Assembly (NCBI GenBank): GCA_977018835.1
Contig: OZ361260.1
Location: 2,356,001-2,420,000, forward strand
DNA: 64,000 nucleotides
Direction: 5' to 3'
From: Minutocellus sp. GHC0000111
Taxonomy: Eukaryota
A program made the translations under genes and the position numbers. Below the pieces are notes generated by a model that searched no databases, was not told where the DNA came from, and saw only the letters and a list, made by a program, of their open reading frames with translations. This document shows, one piece after another, positions 1 through 10,174 of the stretch; the stretch's first letter is position 1, and every line of letters begins with the position of its first letter.

Positions 1-272
1 CAACCCACACACACGGACCCCAGAGGATCAAAGCCTACGACAGCAGCTTCCCTTCCTTCCAGGAACTTCCCGCCGCTTGGTCGAGAAAGCAAAGAGGGTG
101 AACCAGACGTGCGTTGTTCTTGGAACGAACATTGGGTGCACACTCCAGTTCCCTTGATAATTGTCATCATTTTGCATTCCGTATCTTTCAAAGCATAAAA
201 CGAGCAAAGGGCGGCCCAACTTTTTGCACTGTACAACACAAGGACGTGACATCCAACAACACAACGTCAGCC

Positions 273-2878
273 ATGACCATTGCCGACGAGTTTGGCCTCA
301 CCGATTCCAGCAGCGAGAGCGGCGAGCAGCAGCAGCAGCTACCAAATGGCGGCGGCCGTCCCGGCATGTCCACTGGTCGTCCCTCCGCCAGGGAAATCTA
401 CGAGGCAGGACTCAATCGGCAGAGTCACCGCAACGTCAACGCCGGTAACAATACCAATGTGCGTCGCGACCCATCGCAGCGCGGAGGTGGACCGTCCCGG
501 GCGGCGTCGCAGCGGGCTCGGTCGACTTCCAATCCTCGAGGTGGCGGCCGAGGAGGACAGCAACAGATGCAGCGAGGCCCGTCGAGCCGCCGCCCTGGTC
601 CTGGTCCTGCTCGAGGCGGCGCCTCCATGAGACAGCAGCAGAATGGCGCCGGATCGAGCCGGCGCGCTGGTATGGGCAGCAACGTGGAAGGTCATCCGTC
701 GGCCAGGAGGGGTACCTCGTACCGTGGAAGCGGCGGTGCAGCTGATCTCGAGGCCGGATTTCACAACGAAGGCAATACTAGTATGGTGAACCGCGTCCCC
801 AATTCTGCCGCCATGCGCAAGAGCATGTCGCGCCGCTCCTCTATGGATCGGGCTGACGATCCTTTTGCAGAGCGAGAGGGTAAGACCCTGACGTGGCGCA
901 ATATCAACATGACTTTGGAGGCGGGACGGAACGAGGAGAAGAATCCCGCCAAGCAGCTCCTCACCGACGTGTGGGGGGAGGTACCCCAGAAGGAAATCAC
1001 TGCCATCATGGGCCCAAGTGGAGCGGGCAAGACTTCGTTGCTCAACATATTGGCCGGCAGAGCTCGCAGCCGGGGACGGTTGACCATTTCGTCCGATGTT
1101 CGTCTCAACAACTTTGAGGTCGACCCCACCAAGCTGTCGGTGCGGAAGCAGATCGCCTTCGTCGCGCAGGACGACAGCCTTCAGGTCACCTCGACGCCAA
1201 GGGAGGCCATCCGCTTCTCGGCCAAGCTGCGGTTGCCCCGGTCGACGACCGATCGCGATTTGGACCGGCTCACCCGCCGGATGATCCAGGAGCTCGGTTT
1301 GGAGCACTGCGCCGATACCATGGTGGGAGGAGCCCTCATCAAGGGCATCTCTGGCGGCGAGCGGAAACGCACGTCCGTCGGTGTGGAGCTGGTTACCAAG
1401 CCGGCTTTGGTCTTTCTTGATGGTGAGTGAAATACGAATACTAGTACATTTGGTATGATATTTATTTCTTTGTTGACCACGCTTGCACTCACCACCATTT
1501 CTTTGACATATATTTCTTCTCTGATACAGAACCAACATCTGGCCTGGATTCATTCAGCGCCATACAGCTTGTCAAGTCCCTCAAGAAGGTGGCCAATGCA
1601 GGCTCGTCTGTATTGTTCACCATCCATCAACCGGCATCCGAAATCTTCAATTCGTTCGACCATCTCATCCTGCTGAACAAGGGCAGGGTTATGTACGAGG
1701 GTGAAGTGCGCGATGTGCCTACCTTCTTCGCCGATCGCGGTCAGCCAGTGCCCCGTCTCTACAACCCATCCGATTGGATCATGTCGGTGGCCCAGCGAGT
1801 GCCGGTGGAAGAGTTGGACGCGGCGGGATTCTTTCCGCAGGACAACCGAAAGATGATTGAGGCGTTCCACGTAGAGGAGGGAGACAGGGGACACGATTCT
1901 TTGGGGATAACCCGCCGAGAATCCAAGATTGCCGAGACCGATTCTCGTCCTGTTTCCATGCTTACCGAAATTGGAATGTTGTTTTCGAGAGAAATCAAAA
2001 ATCTCACCCGCGATAAGGCTGCACTTGGCGCTAGATTGGGTTTGACGACCTTTCTGAGCATATTGATCGGCCTTATTTTCCAGGGCGTTGGTGCAACCGA
2101 TAGCTCGGTGCAGGTGAATCTCCAATCGCACTTTGGAGCCCTGATTATGGTTCTAATGATGAGTATGTTCGGTACTGCCCAGCCTGCACTATTGGCATTT
2201 CCCGACGAGCGGCCAGTGTTCCTCCGAGAGTACTCCACCGACCATTACAGCGTCGTATCCTACTTCTGCGCCCGGCTGACCATGGAAGCGTTCGTTACCT
2301 TCTTCCAGATTTTGCTGCAGTGCATCATTACCTACTTCTTGATTGAGTTCACCATGGACTTCTTTCTCATGGTTGGTGTCATTTATGCACTGGCCATGGC
2401 ATCAACAGCGTACGCTGTCCTCCTTGGCTGTGCCGTCGAAGAGCCAAAGCTTGGACAGGAGATGCTTCCTCTGTTGTTCGTCCCTCAAATGCTGTTCGCT
2501 GGGGTAAGATCAGACCTTGGTGTTATGCCTTTTGTTGCAAACGATATTCAATTCTGATCTCACATTTATTTCTCCCTCGTTTCTTCTCCCTTTGAACCAC
2601 CGTAGTTCTTTGTAGCACCCGAATTGATTCCATCTTGGCTTTCCTGGGCCCAATATTTGTGCAGTCTGACCTATGGTGTTCGCATCATATCGATTGCAGA
2701 GTTTGATGAATGCAGCGGTGGTCTCCAGGGACAGCAAAATTGCGATAGGATGCTGGAAAATATCGGTGTCAATGAAGACGAGAGTTGGTGGTATTGGCTG
2801 GTTCTGATTTGTATTTTTGTTGTCGCTCGCATTGGCGCATTGTTTGTGCTGAAGCGCAAGGCGACGAAGTTCTTTTAG
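273..2878 (+). CDS. ABCG (White-family) half transporter, NBD-TMD, 3 exons
   Basis: Walker A GPSGAGKT, Q-loop FVAQDD, signature ISGGERKR. Walker B LDE|PTSGLDS is restored by intron 1423-1529 (gtgagt..cag). Second intron 2504-2605 joins LFAG|FFVAPELIP. Multi-TM C-terminus, TAG at 2876-2878, long Gly/Arg-rich N-terminus. Confidence 0.93.
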
Positions 2879-3047
2879 ATGAAAAGATACCCTCCTAGTA
2901 TTTGTTCTTGAAATTGCCCGAGAGTTACCACACGTACTATCTAGACCCTTTGTGAATAAATGAAAAGACACTATGTATACACATAAAATTGTGAAGAAAT
3001 GTTTTCAACGAGTAATGCTAACGATAACGAAAGTAACTAAGTCGTAA

Positions 3048-4532
3048 CTATTTCTCTTGCACTTTGCCTGAATATGCCTTGCCAACATGCGTCCCTAGTT
3101 CGGTCACTCGAAGTAATATTTCTTCTTCAACCGCTACGTCATCATTGGCAATGCTCTCAAGGCCGGTGGCCCGTACAAAAGCTGCCTCCCCTTTTCTTTT
3201 GCCCAGGCGGACAGTTTCTGCTTGCTGAACAAATACCTGCCCCTTTGCAGTGGAACCATCCACCGAAAGTTCAATTTGAATGCATGGTCGGACTTCCTCC
3301 TTGAGCCTCCAAACGGCAACTGCGCGTTCAGTTTCCATCTCGACGTCAAATACCAGCACCTCGTCTCCTGCCCTCAATTCGGAAAGGTACTTGGTCGATA
3401 CCCCGTCACCCATCAGCACATACGAGTGGACCGGGCCGGCATTGATCCGAAATGGTCGGCTGGGCACAAAGCTGGACTGTGCTGCCTCGGATAGTACCAG
3501 TGCCATTATTTTTGCGGAAGATCCCAGCCAGCACCCCTCCGTTGGTTTTAGTGATTGCACCAGATCGATACAAACCCGATCGGCGAGGACTGTGCTCTTG
3601 CCGGAGGGTGTTGCAAGCCGTTTGCAACTTCCTTGGACAATGCTTGGTCCGCTTGTGGTAGGTGTAGATGCATCATCTTCCATTTGGCCCTTGGCCGCCA
3701 ACTTGGCTTTCCTGGCATCCAAACAGGCTGCCCAGAGCTTCTCGTCGCGAACTGCTCTTGTTGCATCGACACAAAGAGCATCTACACCCAGCTGCAAGGC
3801 ATCGGCCAGGCCACCGACGTCACCTGCATTGTCCACCATCGCCGCAATCTTTGTTCCGGTGCCCTGACATGCCGATATCAAATTCTCGGCCGGTATCATT
3901 ATCCATCCCTCATCGGCATCGGTTTCTCTTTTGTTGCACGAAATGACGATCCATTCGAGGGAACCAATCAAGCCGACGGCTGCGTCTTGACCTGCCGAGG
4001 TGGTAACATCGACAATGGCCCCCATGGGCTGACCTTCACCGTTGTTGTCATGATACAGCCGAGGTATTGTCGTGTCACCGTCTCCGATTGATGATGTTGG
4101 CGTCTTTGCAATGCACATGGAAGCGGAGAATGACGATAGTGTCTGTCGTATTGTTTTGTCTGATGCTTGCTTTTCAGATATGATGGCTGCATCGGCCCCG
4201 TCGAGGAACGACAATGATGATGATGATGATGGTGTGGATGATGATGACGATGATGAGACCAGATCTTGTTCAAGAGGTCGTAGGTCGACCCATACTTCCA
4301 ATTCCAATCCCCCCGAAGCGGTGGCAGCAGCTGAGCGTGTGGCGCATGCAGTGGGTCGTCTATGAGACTGCGAGGTAATAGTCGGCACATGCGGCAGCCC
4401 CAGCGGGCTTGTTGTCCAGCACCAGACCGTTGGCAGGCCTGCCAGCAGGTGAACGACGACGATGCCGCCGACGCTCAGGAGGAAGGAGACGGATAGACGC
4501 GATGTTGTTGGCGGCGGCGGGAGGAGCGTCAT
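3048..4532 (-). CDS. 3-dehydroquinate synthase type II (archaeal AroB'-like), probably plastid-targeted
   Basis: Motifs WIMIPAENLI, DRVCIDL, GSSA, RPFRINAGPVHSY, YLSELRAGDEVL, QQAETVRL, GTHVG. Hydrophobic N-terminal signal followed by an aromatic residue and Ser/Thr-rich transit-like stretch. No intron. Confidence 0.88.
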   Translation of the reverse strand: MTLLPPPPTTSRLSVSFLLSVGGIVVVHLLAGLPTVWCWTTSPLGLPHVPTITSQSHRRPTACATRSAAATASGGLELEVWVDLRPLEQDLVSSSSSSSTPSSSSSLSFLDGADAAIISEKQASDKTIRQTLSSFSASMCIAKTPTSSIGDGDTTIPRLYHDNNGEGQPMGAIVDVTTSAGQDAAVGLIGSLEWIVISCNKRETDADEGWIMIPAENLISACQGTGTKIAAMVDNAGDVGGLADALQLGVDALCVDATRAVRDEKLWAACLDARKAKLAAKGQMEDDASTPTTSGPSIVQGSCKRLATPSGKSTVLADRVCIDLVQSLKPTEGCWLGSSAKIMALVLSEAAQSSFVPSRPFRINAGPVHSYVLMGDGVSTKYLSELRAGDEVLVFDVEMETERAVAVWRLKEEVRPCIQIELSVDGSTAKGQVFVQQAETVRLGKRKGEAAFVRATGLESIANDDVAVEEEILLRVTELGTHVGKAYSGKVQEK

Positions 4533-4628
4533 TGTTGAGCACTCTAGCCTAGCTAGCTAGTAGCTAGTAGTACGCTCACCGTTCATCACGGCCATCCATG
4601 CCGGGCATGTTGGCATACTACGTACGTA

Positions 4629-4865
4629 GGACCCAAAAGAGCGAAAAGCGGAGGAAAAAGGCCTGTTTTTGGGAGAAAAACTCAACGCTTGGAAGCAAGG
4701 GGAGCGCACCCAAGATGTGCGAATATCTCAACTAATATTCGGAATTGGAATTTCGGACTTTTCAACTCAAGATCTATTCAGTGTGCAAAGTGCAGTTTCA
4801 GAGCTCCATTTTTTTTAAAAGTCGATTTTCCCAGGAAAAGCACCGTTTTTCGCTCTTCCGGGTCC
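4629..4865. mobile_element. Non-autonomous TIR element (MITE), TA target duplication, Tc1/mariner-like
   Basis: Left end ggacccaaaagagcgaaaagcgg versus reverse complement of right end ggacccggaagagcgaaaaacgg (20/23). Flanked by TA on both sides. No ORF. Confidence 0.65.
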
Positions 4866-4945
4866 TAGCTACGAGCGTAGAGTAAAACTAAACTGTGGTG
4901 AGTGGTGAGTGCAGTGACACATGAGGTGCATGACGCGGTCTGCCT

Positions 4946-5273
4946 TTCCTTCATCCGGCATTCCTATGATCGATCCACGTGTGTGCCCTGTATTACGTTG
5001 AAGTTGCACGAATAGTCGCATCGGCCTGAGTGGTCCCGTCAGACGGTCGATGACATACCGACGACACGAAAAAAAGAAAGCGCGGGTGTCTGCTGTGCGG
5101 CTCACACCATTCCTTCATCCGGCATTCCTATGATCGATCCACGTGTGTGCCCTGTATTACGTTGAAGTTGCACGAATAGTCGCATCGGCCTGAGTGGTCC
5201 CGTCAGACGGTCGATGACATACCGACGACACGAAAAAAAGAAAGCGCGGGTGTCTGCTGTGCGGCTCACACCA
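4946..5273. repeat. Exact 2 x 164 bp tandem duplication
   Basis: ttccttcatccggcattcc...gcggctcacacca occurs at 4946-5109 and 5110-5273, identical by eye. Confidence 0.93.
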
Positions 5274-5468
5274 TACCAGGCGTATGAACGTATCTTGAGT
5301 GCCACATAAAGGTGCCCACCTACGCCATCGTCAACGAACTGCCCCTCCTTTCTCTTTTGGGCGCATTGTTTCGCTTCGCTTCTTGACGCATTGCTACCTT
5401 CCTAGCTAGCTCTAGCTAGCTACCTGCGCAGTAGCTTGGTCCAGAGCGAGCAAGTGCGGGCAGTAGCC

Positions 5469-8400
5469 ATGAACGGCGGCGGCCAACCAGCGGGTTCGGC
5501 GGCCGTCCCCGCCGAAACGGGACGTCGAGACAGCGATACTAGTAACGCCAATGGCGGTGGCCATAACGGCAATGGCAGTACCGAGCGGACTGGTACCGAT
5601 GCCACCATGCATGGCGCTTCCGACTGCGATCGGGGCACCGCCAAGCGGCGGAGGTTGCTCGATGGCACCGGCGTCGGCGGCGTCGGTCCGGGCGGAAATA
5701 GTGCGCCGAGCCCGGCGTCACATGCGCATAATGTGCCGCAACTGCAACCGCCCCTGACACAGGCGCTGCCGCCAGCAGCAGCCTTGTTGCCACCGAATGG
5801 GCATCCCCCGACCGTTGCCGCCGCCGCCACCGCTGCCCTCCTGGACAGCATCCCGGGCATGGTCTTTGCGTACCAGATAAATCCCGACGGCGCCTCGGCC
5901 TTTACGTACGCGTCGTCGTACAGCCGAACGCTGCTGGGATTGGCGCCGGACGAAATCGTCCAAACAGGCGAGGGCAATACCGGTAGTCCACGGGCACCGG
6001 CCGAGGCGGTCTTGGGCCGGATCGTTCCGGAGGACCGGCCCGGATTTCACCAGACGCTGATGGAATGTCTCCGGGAGGAAGGGTCGGTTTGGGAATGGAC
6101 CGGGCGGATGAGGAGGCCAAGGAGACGGAGACCTGGCAATGGCACTGACAACAATGATAATAACGGAAGTGGCAACGGGGAGGATGATGGGGAGGATGAT
6201 GGGGAGGACAGCGAGGAGGAAGAGGTGAGAATTGTCAAGTTCACCTCGAGCTGTCCACCGATGCGGCAGGCGGTGCCGAGTTCCACCGGTGGTGCTGTGG
6301 ATGGTGAGAATACCACTTCAACTGAGCAACAACAGCAACAGCAACAGTACATTACAGTCTTCAATGGGATTGTATTGGACGTGATGCCTCCGTCACCGTC
6401 AGCGCAGACAGCGATGGCAACACCGTTGCCACCTACTTCAGCAGCAGTAGCCACTGTATCATCGGACTCCTCTGCACTGGTACCGTCAACTACTACCGGT
6501 AGCTCTGCACCAACAGCCTCGGCCGCCGCCACCACCCCCTCCCCTTCCTCCTCTTCCGACACGCTCGCCCTGTCGTCGGCCATCGCCACCCTCCGCTCCG
6601 TCCTCGATTCGGCGCCCCATCCGGTCATCGCCCTCGATCCCAAGGGCACCGTCACCGAGTGGAATCGGACGGCGGAAATACTGACCGGCTATGCCAAGGC
6701 GGAAGCGGTCGGCAAAAACTTTGCTGCGGAGTTCGTGGTGGGAGCCTGCCGGAAGGATGTAATGCGGATGCTTGACGATGTGTCGCATCTGGCCGAACGG
6801 CAGATGGCGGCGGCGGCGGTGGCAGCGGCAGTGGCGGATGGTGGTGCCCACGGGATGGCGGCCGGGGCCAATGGTGGGGGGCTTGTGAGGAAGAGACCCA
6901 CGATGGCCGCGGGCGTGGCAAGAGCGGGATCGGGGGCATCGGCAGCGACCGAGGCCGACGCGAGCTGCGAGGCGACGCTCCAAACCAAGCCGGGACATCC
7001 GCCGGTCCATCTGCTGCTGACGGCTAGTCCGAAGCGCGTGGTGCCCGGCGCTGGAGCAACAGCAACAGCAGCGGCCGCTGCTTCGGCCTCCGGGCCGACC
7101 AACGGTACCGTCATCATCGCGCAGGACATGTCCAAGCAGCACGCCGCGCTGGCGCTGCACCGGTCCGAGACGGAGAAGGGCATCATGGAATGGCTCAGTC
7201 ACGAGGTGCGCAATCCGCTGTCGGTGGCCGTCGAGGCCTCCCGCACCCTCAAGGAGGATCCCAGCGACGATCCGGAGGAGAACTCCAACAACCTCGAGCT
7301 GATCTGTCTGAGTTTGGGCTACATCGTGGAGTTGTTGACCGACATGCTCGATCTGAACAAATGCGCCGAGGGGAAGATTACCATCAACCCGACGGTTTGT
7401 CGGCTGAGGGAGGACATTGTCCTCCCCACCAAGAGGATGCTTGACGCGAGACGAAAGTCGGTCGATCTGATCATCGACGGTGGCGAAGAGATCTGGGCCT
7501 ACGTCGACCGCCTCCGGCTGCAGCAGGTATTGACCAATTTGATCGTGAACAGTATGAAGTACACCAGCATAGGTTTTATCCGGGTTGGCATCCGTCGAAT
7601 ATCAAGGGAGGAGATTGGCGGGGTCCATTTGGAGTGTGCCACTGGCACCGACAGGGCGCAGTCGGACAACAAGGCCGCGGTAGATTCGGACGCGCTGCCG
7701 ACCATGGACAGTCTTTTCGGGGGAGGAGTTGACTCCCAAATGGTGGCGGTGGCATCTCCGTCTGTTCAAAATGACTACTACGGAGAGGAAGGGGGAGTTC
7801 TCATTAGCGTATCGGATTCTGGTTCGGGCATCGATCCGTCGAACTACCAAAACCTTTTCGAGCGATGGGAAAAGCTCGGGTCGAAAACCAACGGAACAGG
7901 TATCGGGCTCTGTCTCTGTCGATCTCTCATGGAGGTCATGGGAGGTCGAATATTTCTATCCAAGACATATAATTCTGGCATCCCAGGTAATCCGGGGTGT
8001 CAATTCTGCATCGTCCTTCCCCCGACTGCACTGGACGGTACTGCTGCCGCTGCTGATAATCAATATGGAGGAGGCGGATCAAGCGAGGATGTGTCTATAT
8101 GCACAGCAGCGCTATCAAAGCGCCTTTCGCGGGATAAAAACAAGCCTGAGAGTGTCCTCAAGACGGTTTCCTCATACGACAAGCTAGCACCGACGGCACT
8201 TCCGCAGTCAGCCTCCTTGCCAGTTGACGCTGGTGCTCTTGGCACTTCCAATATGTGGAAGCAAAATGATGGCGTTGAGGCGGGTGCACAGTCGCAGTAC
8301 TTACTCGAGAATGGAGATGCAGGACGTGACACCAAAAAAGTTAGCTTTGCTCCACAGCTTGATGATGCCGAGTCTCAACCCCCTCTGCATGCACAAAATC

Positions 8401-10055
8401 CTTACAAACCGGCGGATTTCAGCTATGACAATGGGATGGATGCTCAGTCACCTCTTCCTGGCAATGGGGCTGCTTTCAATGGCTCGACTCCAGCTTCTAC
8501 CTCCCCCATTCCCGTTTCTAATGCAGGCGCTGCATCCCCTGGACCCAAGAAGGGTGGTAGTTCCATGGCAGTTGCCTCGGCATCCGCCGTGACAGCGAAA
8601 ACTGCTTCTTCCGCGCACCACCATCATCAAGCTCCGACAGATGATCCCTTCCACAATACCTGTCTCTCGGGAAAATTCCGTCTCCTTGTTGTTGACGATG
8701 ACGAAACCTTTCGCATAATGTTTGTGCGCCGACTGAAGCGCATGTTTCCCAACGGAGTTGTCGACGAATCTCCGTCGGGAGAAGACTCAATAAAAAAGGC
8801 AAAGAAAAATGTATACGATCTTGTAACGATGGACCATTTCATGGCCTTGGATGAGCTCAACGGCGCCGATACCATCCGAGCACTGCGTTCCAATAATTGC
8901 GATGCCTGTATCGTTGGAATTTCTGGCAATACCAAGACTGTCCATCATCTAGAAGCAGGCGCCGACGATTTCATCCGCAAGCCTGTTCCAACGGATCGAA
9001 GATTCATCCGAAGACTTGTGTCGAAGATGTCTCCGCCTGCTGTATGGAAGGTATTGATTGCAGACGACTGCAAATTGAATCTCAAATTCATGCACCGCAA
9101 ATTGATCAAGGTTGCTAGCCCGCACTACACGACGAAGCAAGAATCTGACAAGCGATGGCAATTCACCCTCAAGACCGACGGTGAGGATTGCGTGGATTGC
9201 CTCAAAGAAGAGTGGTTCGATCTTTGTGTACTAGATCAACACATGGGCCCGGGGTTGAAGGGAACCGACGTTGCGTCTTTCATTCGGAAAGGTGCCGTCA
9301 ACCCGAACGCAATCGTCGTGATCAATACCGGTGTGGAAAAGAATCTACAAGAACAGGTGAACTGGGACGACCATACCGTCCCATTTAATTTTCAGTGGAC
9401 CAAGCCATCACCGAGCATCGAGAAAATCCGCCAAGATCTTTGCCTCGAACTCGTGGCCGAAAAGGCGTCGTCTGGGGCCAACTTCGGTGAATCGTTAACC
9501 AAGGCTGCACTCTTGAAGGCATCCGTCATCAACGGAGATGCCGGACTCGTCCGAGAAGGAGAAGAGGATGGCACATCCAGCGTCATTAGCGAAGGTTCCG
9601 TAGACTTTGATAGCAATGCCAGTGGCAAAGAGGAAACGAGGCAGCTACCTGAGCATCAAAAAGTACTTCAAAAACTGTACGACGAAATTGGCGATGAGCT
9701 CGCCTTTTCGGACATGTGCACCCTCTTCGTTACTACCGTTCCCGCTCAACTCGACACCATTGACGAAAGCCTCAACAGGCATGATTGGAATAATCTATCA
9801 CTGATACTGCACAAGTTGAAGGGAACTCTGCAGGTCTTCCACATCGATGCCTGCGTTGCTCTCATCAAGCCCCTCTATGAACAATCGCTGGTGCTCAAGA
9901 CCCGGGGGCAAAAGAGAAAGCAGGGAGAAGATGTACCTTGCGACGATGTATCAAGCAAAGAGTTCGAGCAGATGCACCAATCATGCTCTCAACTCCGCTC
10001 CGATATCGTTTCGGTTATCAAGGTATGCCAAGGAGTCGTTGACAATGGTGCCTAA
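5469..10055 (+). CDS. Soluble hybrid sensor histidine kinase: PAS-PAS-HisKA-HATPase-REC-REC-HPt
   Basis: PAS (DSIPGMVF..IVPEDR..NGIVLDV) and PAS (LDSAPHPVIALDPKGTVTEWN). H-box LSHEVRNPL, N-box QVLTNLIVNSMKY, G1 DSGSG, G2 GTGIGL. REC1 VVDDD/MDHFM/KP, REC2 IADD/LDQHM/KP. HPt LHKLKG. Single intronless ORF. Confidence 0.92.
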   Translation: MNGGGQPAGSAAVPAETGRRDSDTSNANGGGHNGNGSTERTGTDATMHGASDCDRGTAKRRRLLDGTGVGGVGPGGNSAPSPASHAHNVPQLQPPLTQALPPAAALLPPNGHPPTVAAAATAALLDSIPGMVFAYQINPDGASAFTYASSYSRTLLGLAPDEIVQTGEGNTGSPRAPAEAVLGRIVPEDRPGFHQTLMECLREEGSVWEWTGRMRRPRRRRPGNGTDNNDNNGSGNGEDDGEDDGEDSEEEEVRIVKFTSSCPPMRQAVPSSTGGAVDGENTTSTEQQQQQQQYITVFNGIVLDVMPPSPSAQTAMATPLPPTSAAVATVSSDSSALVPSTTTGSSAPTASAAATTPSPSSSSDTLALSSAIATLRSVLDSAPHPVIALDPKGTVTEWNRTAEILTGYAKAEAVGKNFAAEFVVGACRKDVMRMLDDVSHLAERQMAAAAVAAAVADGGAHGMAAGANGGGLVRKRPTMAAGVARAGSGASAATEADASCEATLQTKPGHPPVHLLLTASPKRVVPGAGATATAAAAASASGPTNGTVIIAQDMSKQHAALALHRSETEKGIMEWLSHEVRNPLSVAVEASRTLKEDPSDDPEENSNNLELICLSLGYIVELLTDMLDLNKCAEGKITINPTVCRLREDIVLPTKRMLDARRKSVDLIIDGGEEIWAYVDRLRLQQVLTNLIVNSMKYTSIGFIRVGIRRISREEIGGVHLECATGTDRAQSDNKAAVDSDALPTMDSLFGGGVDSQMVAVASPSVQNDYYGEEGGVLISVSDSGSGIDPSNYQNLFERWEKLGSKTNGTGIGLCLCRSLMEVMGGRIFLSKTYNSGIPGNPGCQFCIVLPPTALDGTAAAADNQYGGGGSSEDVSICTAALSKRLSRDKNKPESVLKTVSSYDKLAPTALPQSASLPVDAGALGTSNMWKQNDGVEAGAQSQYLLENGDAGRDTKKVSFAPQLDDAESQPPLHAQNPYKPADFSYDNGMDAQSPLPGNGAAFNGSTPASTSPIPVSNAGAASPGPKKGGSSMAVASASAVTAKTASSAHHHHQAPTDDPFHNTCLSGKFRLLVVDDDETFRIMFVRRLKRMFPNGVVDESPSGEDSIKKAKKNVYDLVTMDHFMALDELNGADTIRALRSNNCDACIVGISGNTKTVHHLEAGADDFIRKPVPTDRRFIRRLVSKMSPPAVWKVLIADDCKLNLKFMHRKLIKVASPHYTTKQESDKRWQFTLKTDGEDCVDCLKEEWFDLCVLDQHMGPGLKGTDVASFIRKGAVNPNAIVVINTGVEKNLQEQVNWDDHTVPFNFQWTKPSPSIEKIRQDLCLELVAEKASSGANFGESLTKAALLKASVINGDAGLVREGEEDGTSSVISEGSVDFDSNASGKEETRQLPEHQKVLQKLYDEIGDELAFSDMCTLFVTTVPAQLDTIDESLNRHDWNNLSLILHKLKGTLQVFHIDACVALIKPLYEQSLVLKTRGQKRKQGEDVPCDDVSSKEFEQMHQSCSQLRSDIVSVIKVCQGVVDNGA

Positions 10056-10174
10056 GCACTCGGTAAAATTGAGGCTACTACGCAAGGTTGATATCATTGC
10101 GCATGTTGCAGCACGCTTGCTAGCGCTTATGCTACCGTAGTACTTAATTCCTTAGATAGTAGTCTAGTAGCTAA

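Noticed and set aside
339..1553. 404-aa antisense ORF, and many similar long shadow ORFs opposite GC-rich genes (e.g. 40948-42078, 55658-56518)
   Set aside because: They overlap well-supported genes on the other strand or frame, show no motifs, and are expected from GC-rich codon usage.
4946..5273. Repeat considered as a CRISPR array or LTR pair
   Set aside because: Only two abutting copies with no spacers, no internal domain and no cas genes; eukaryotic context.
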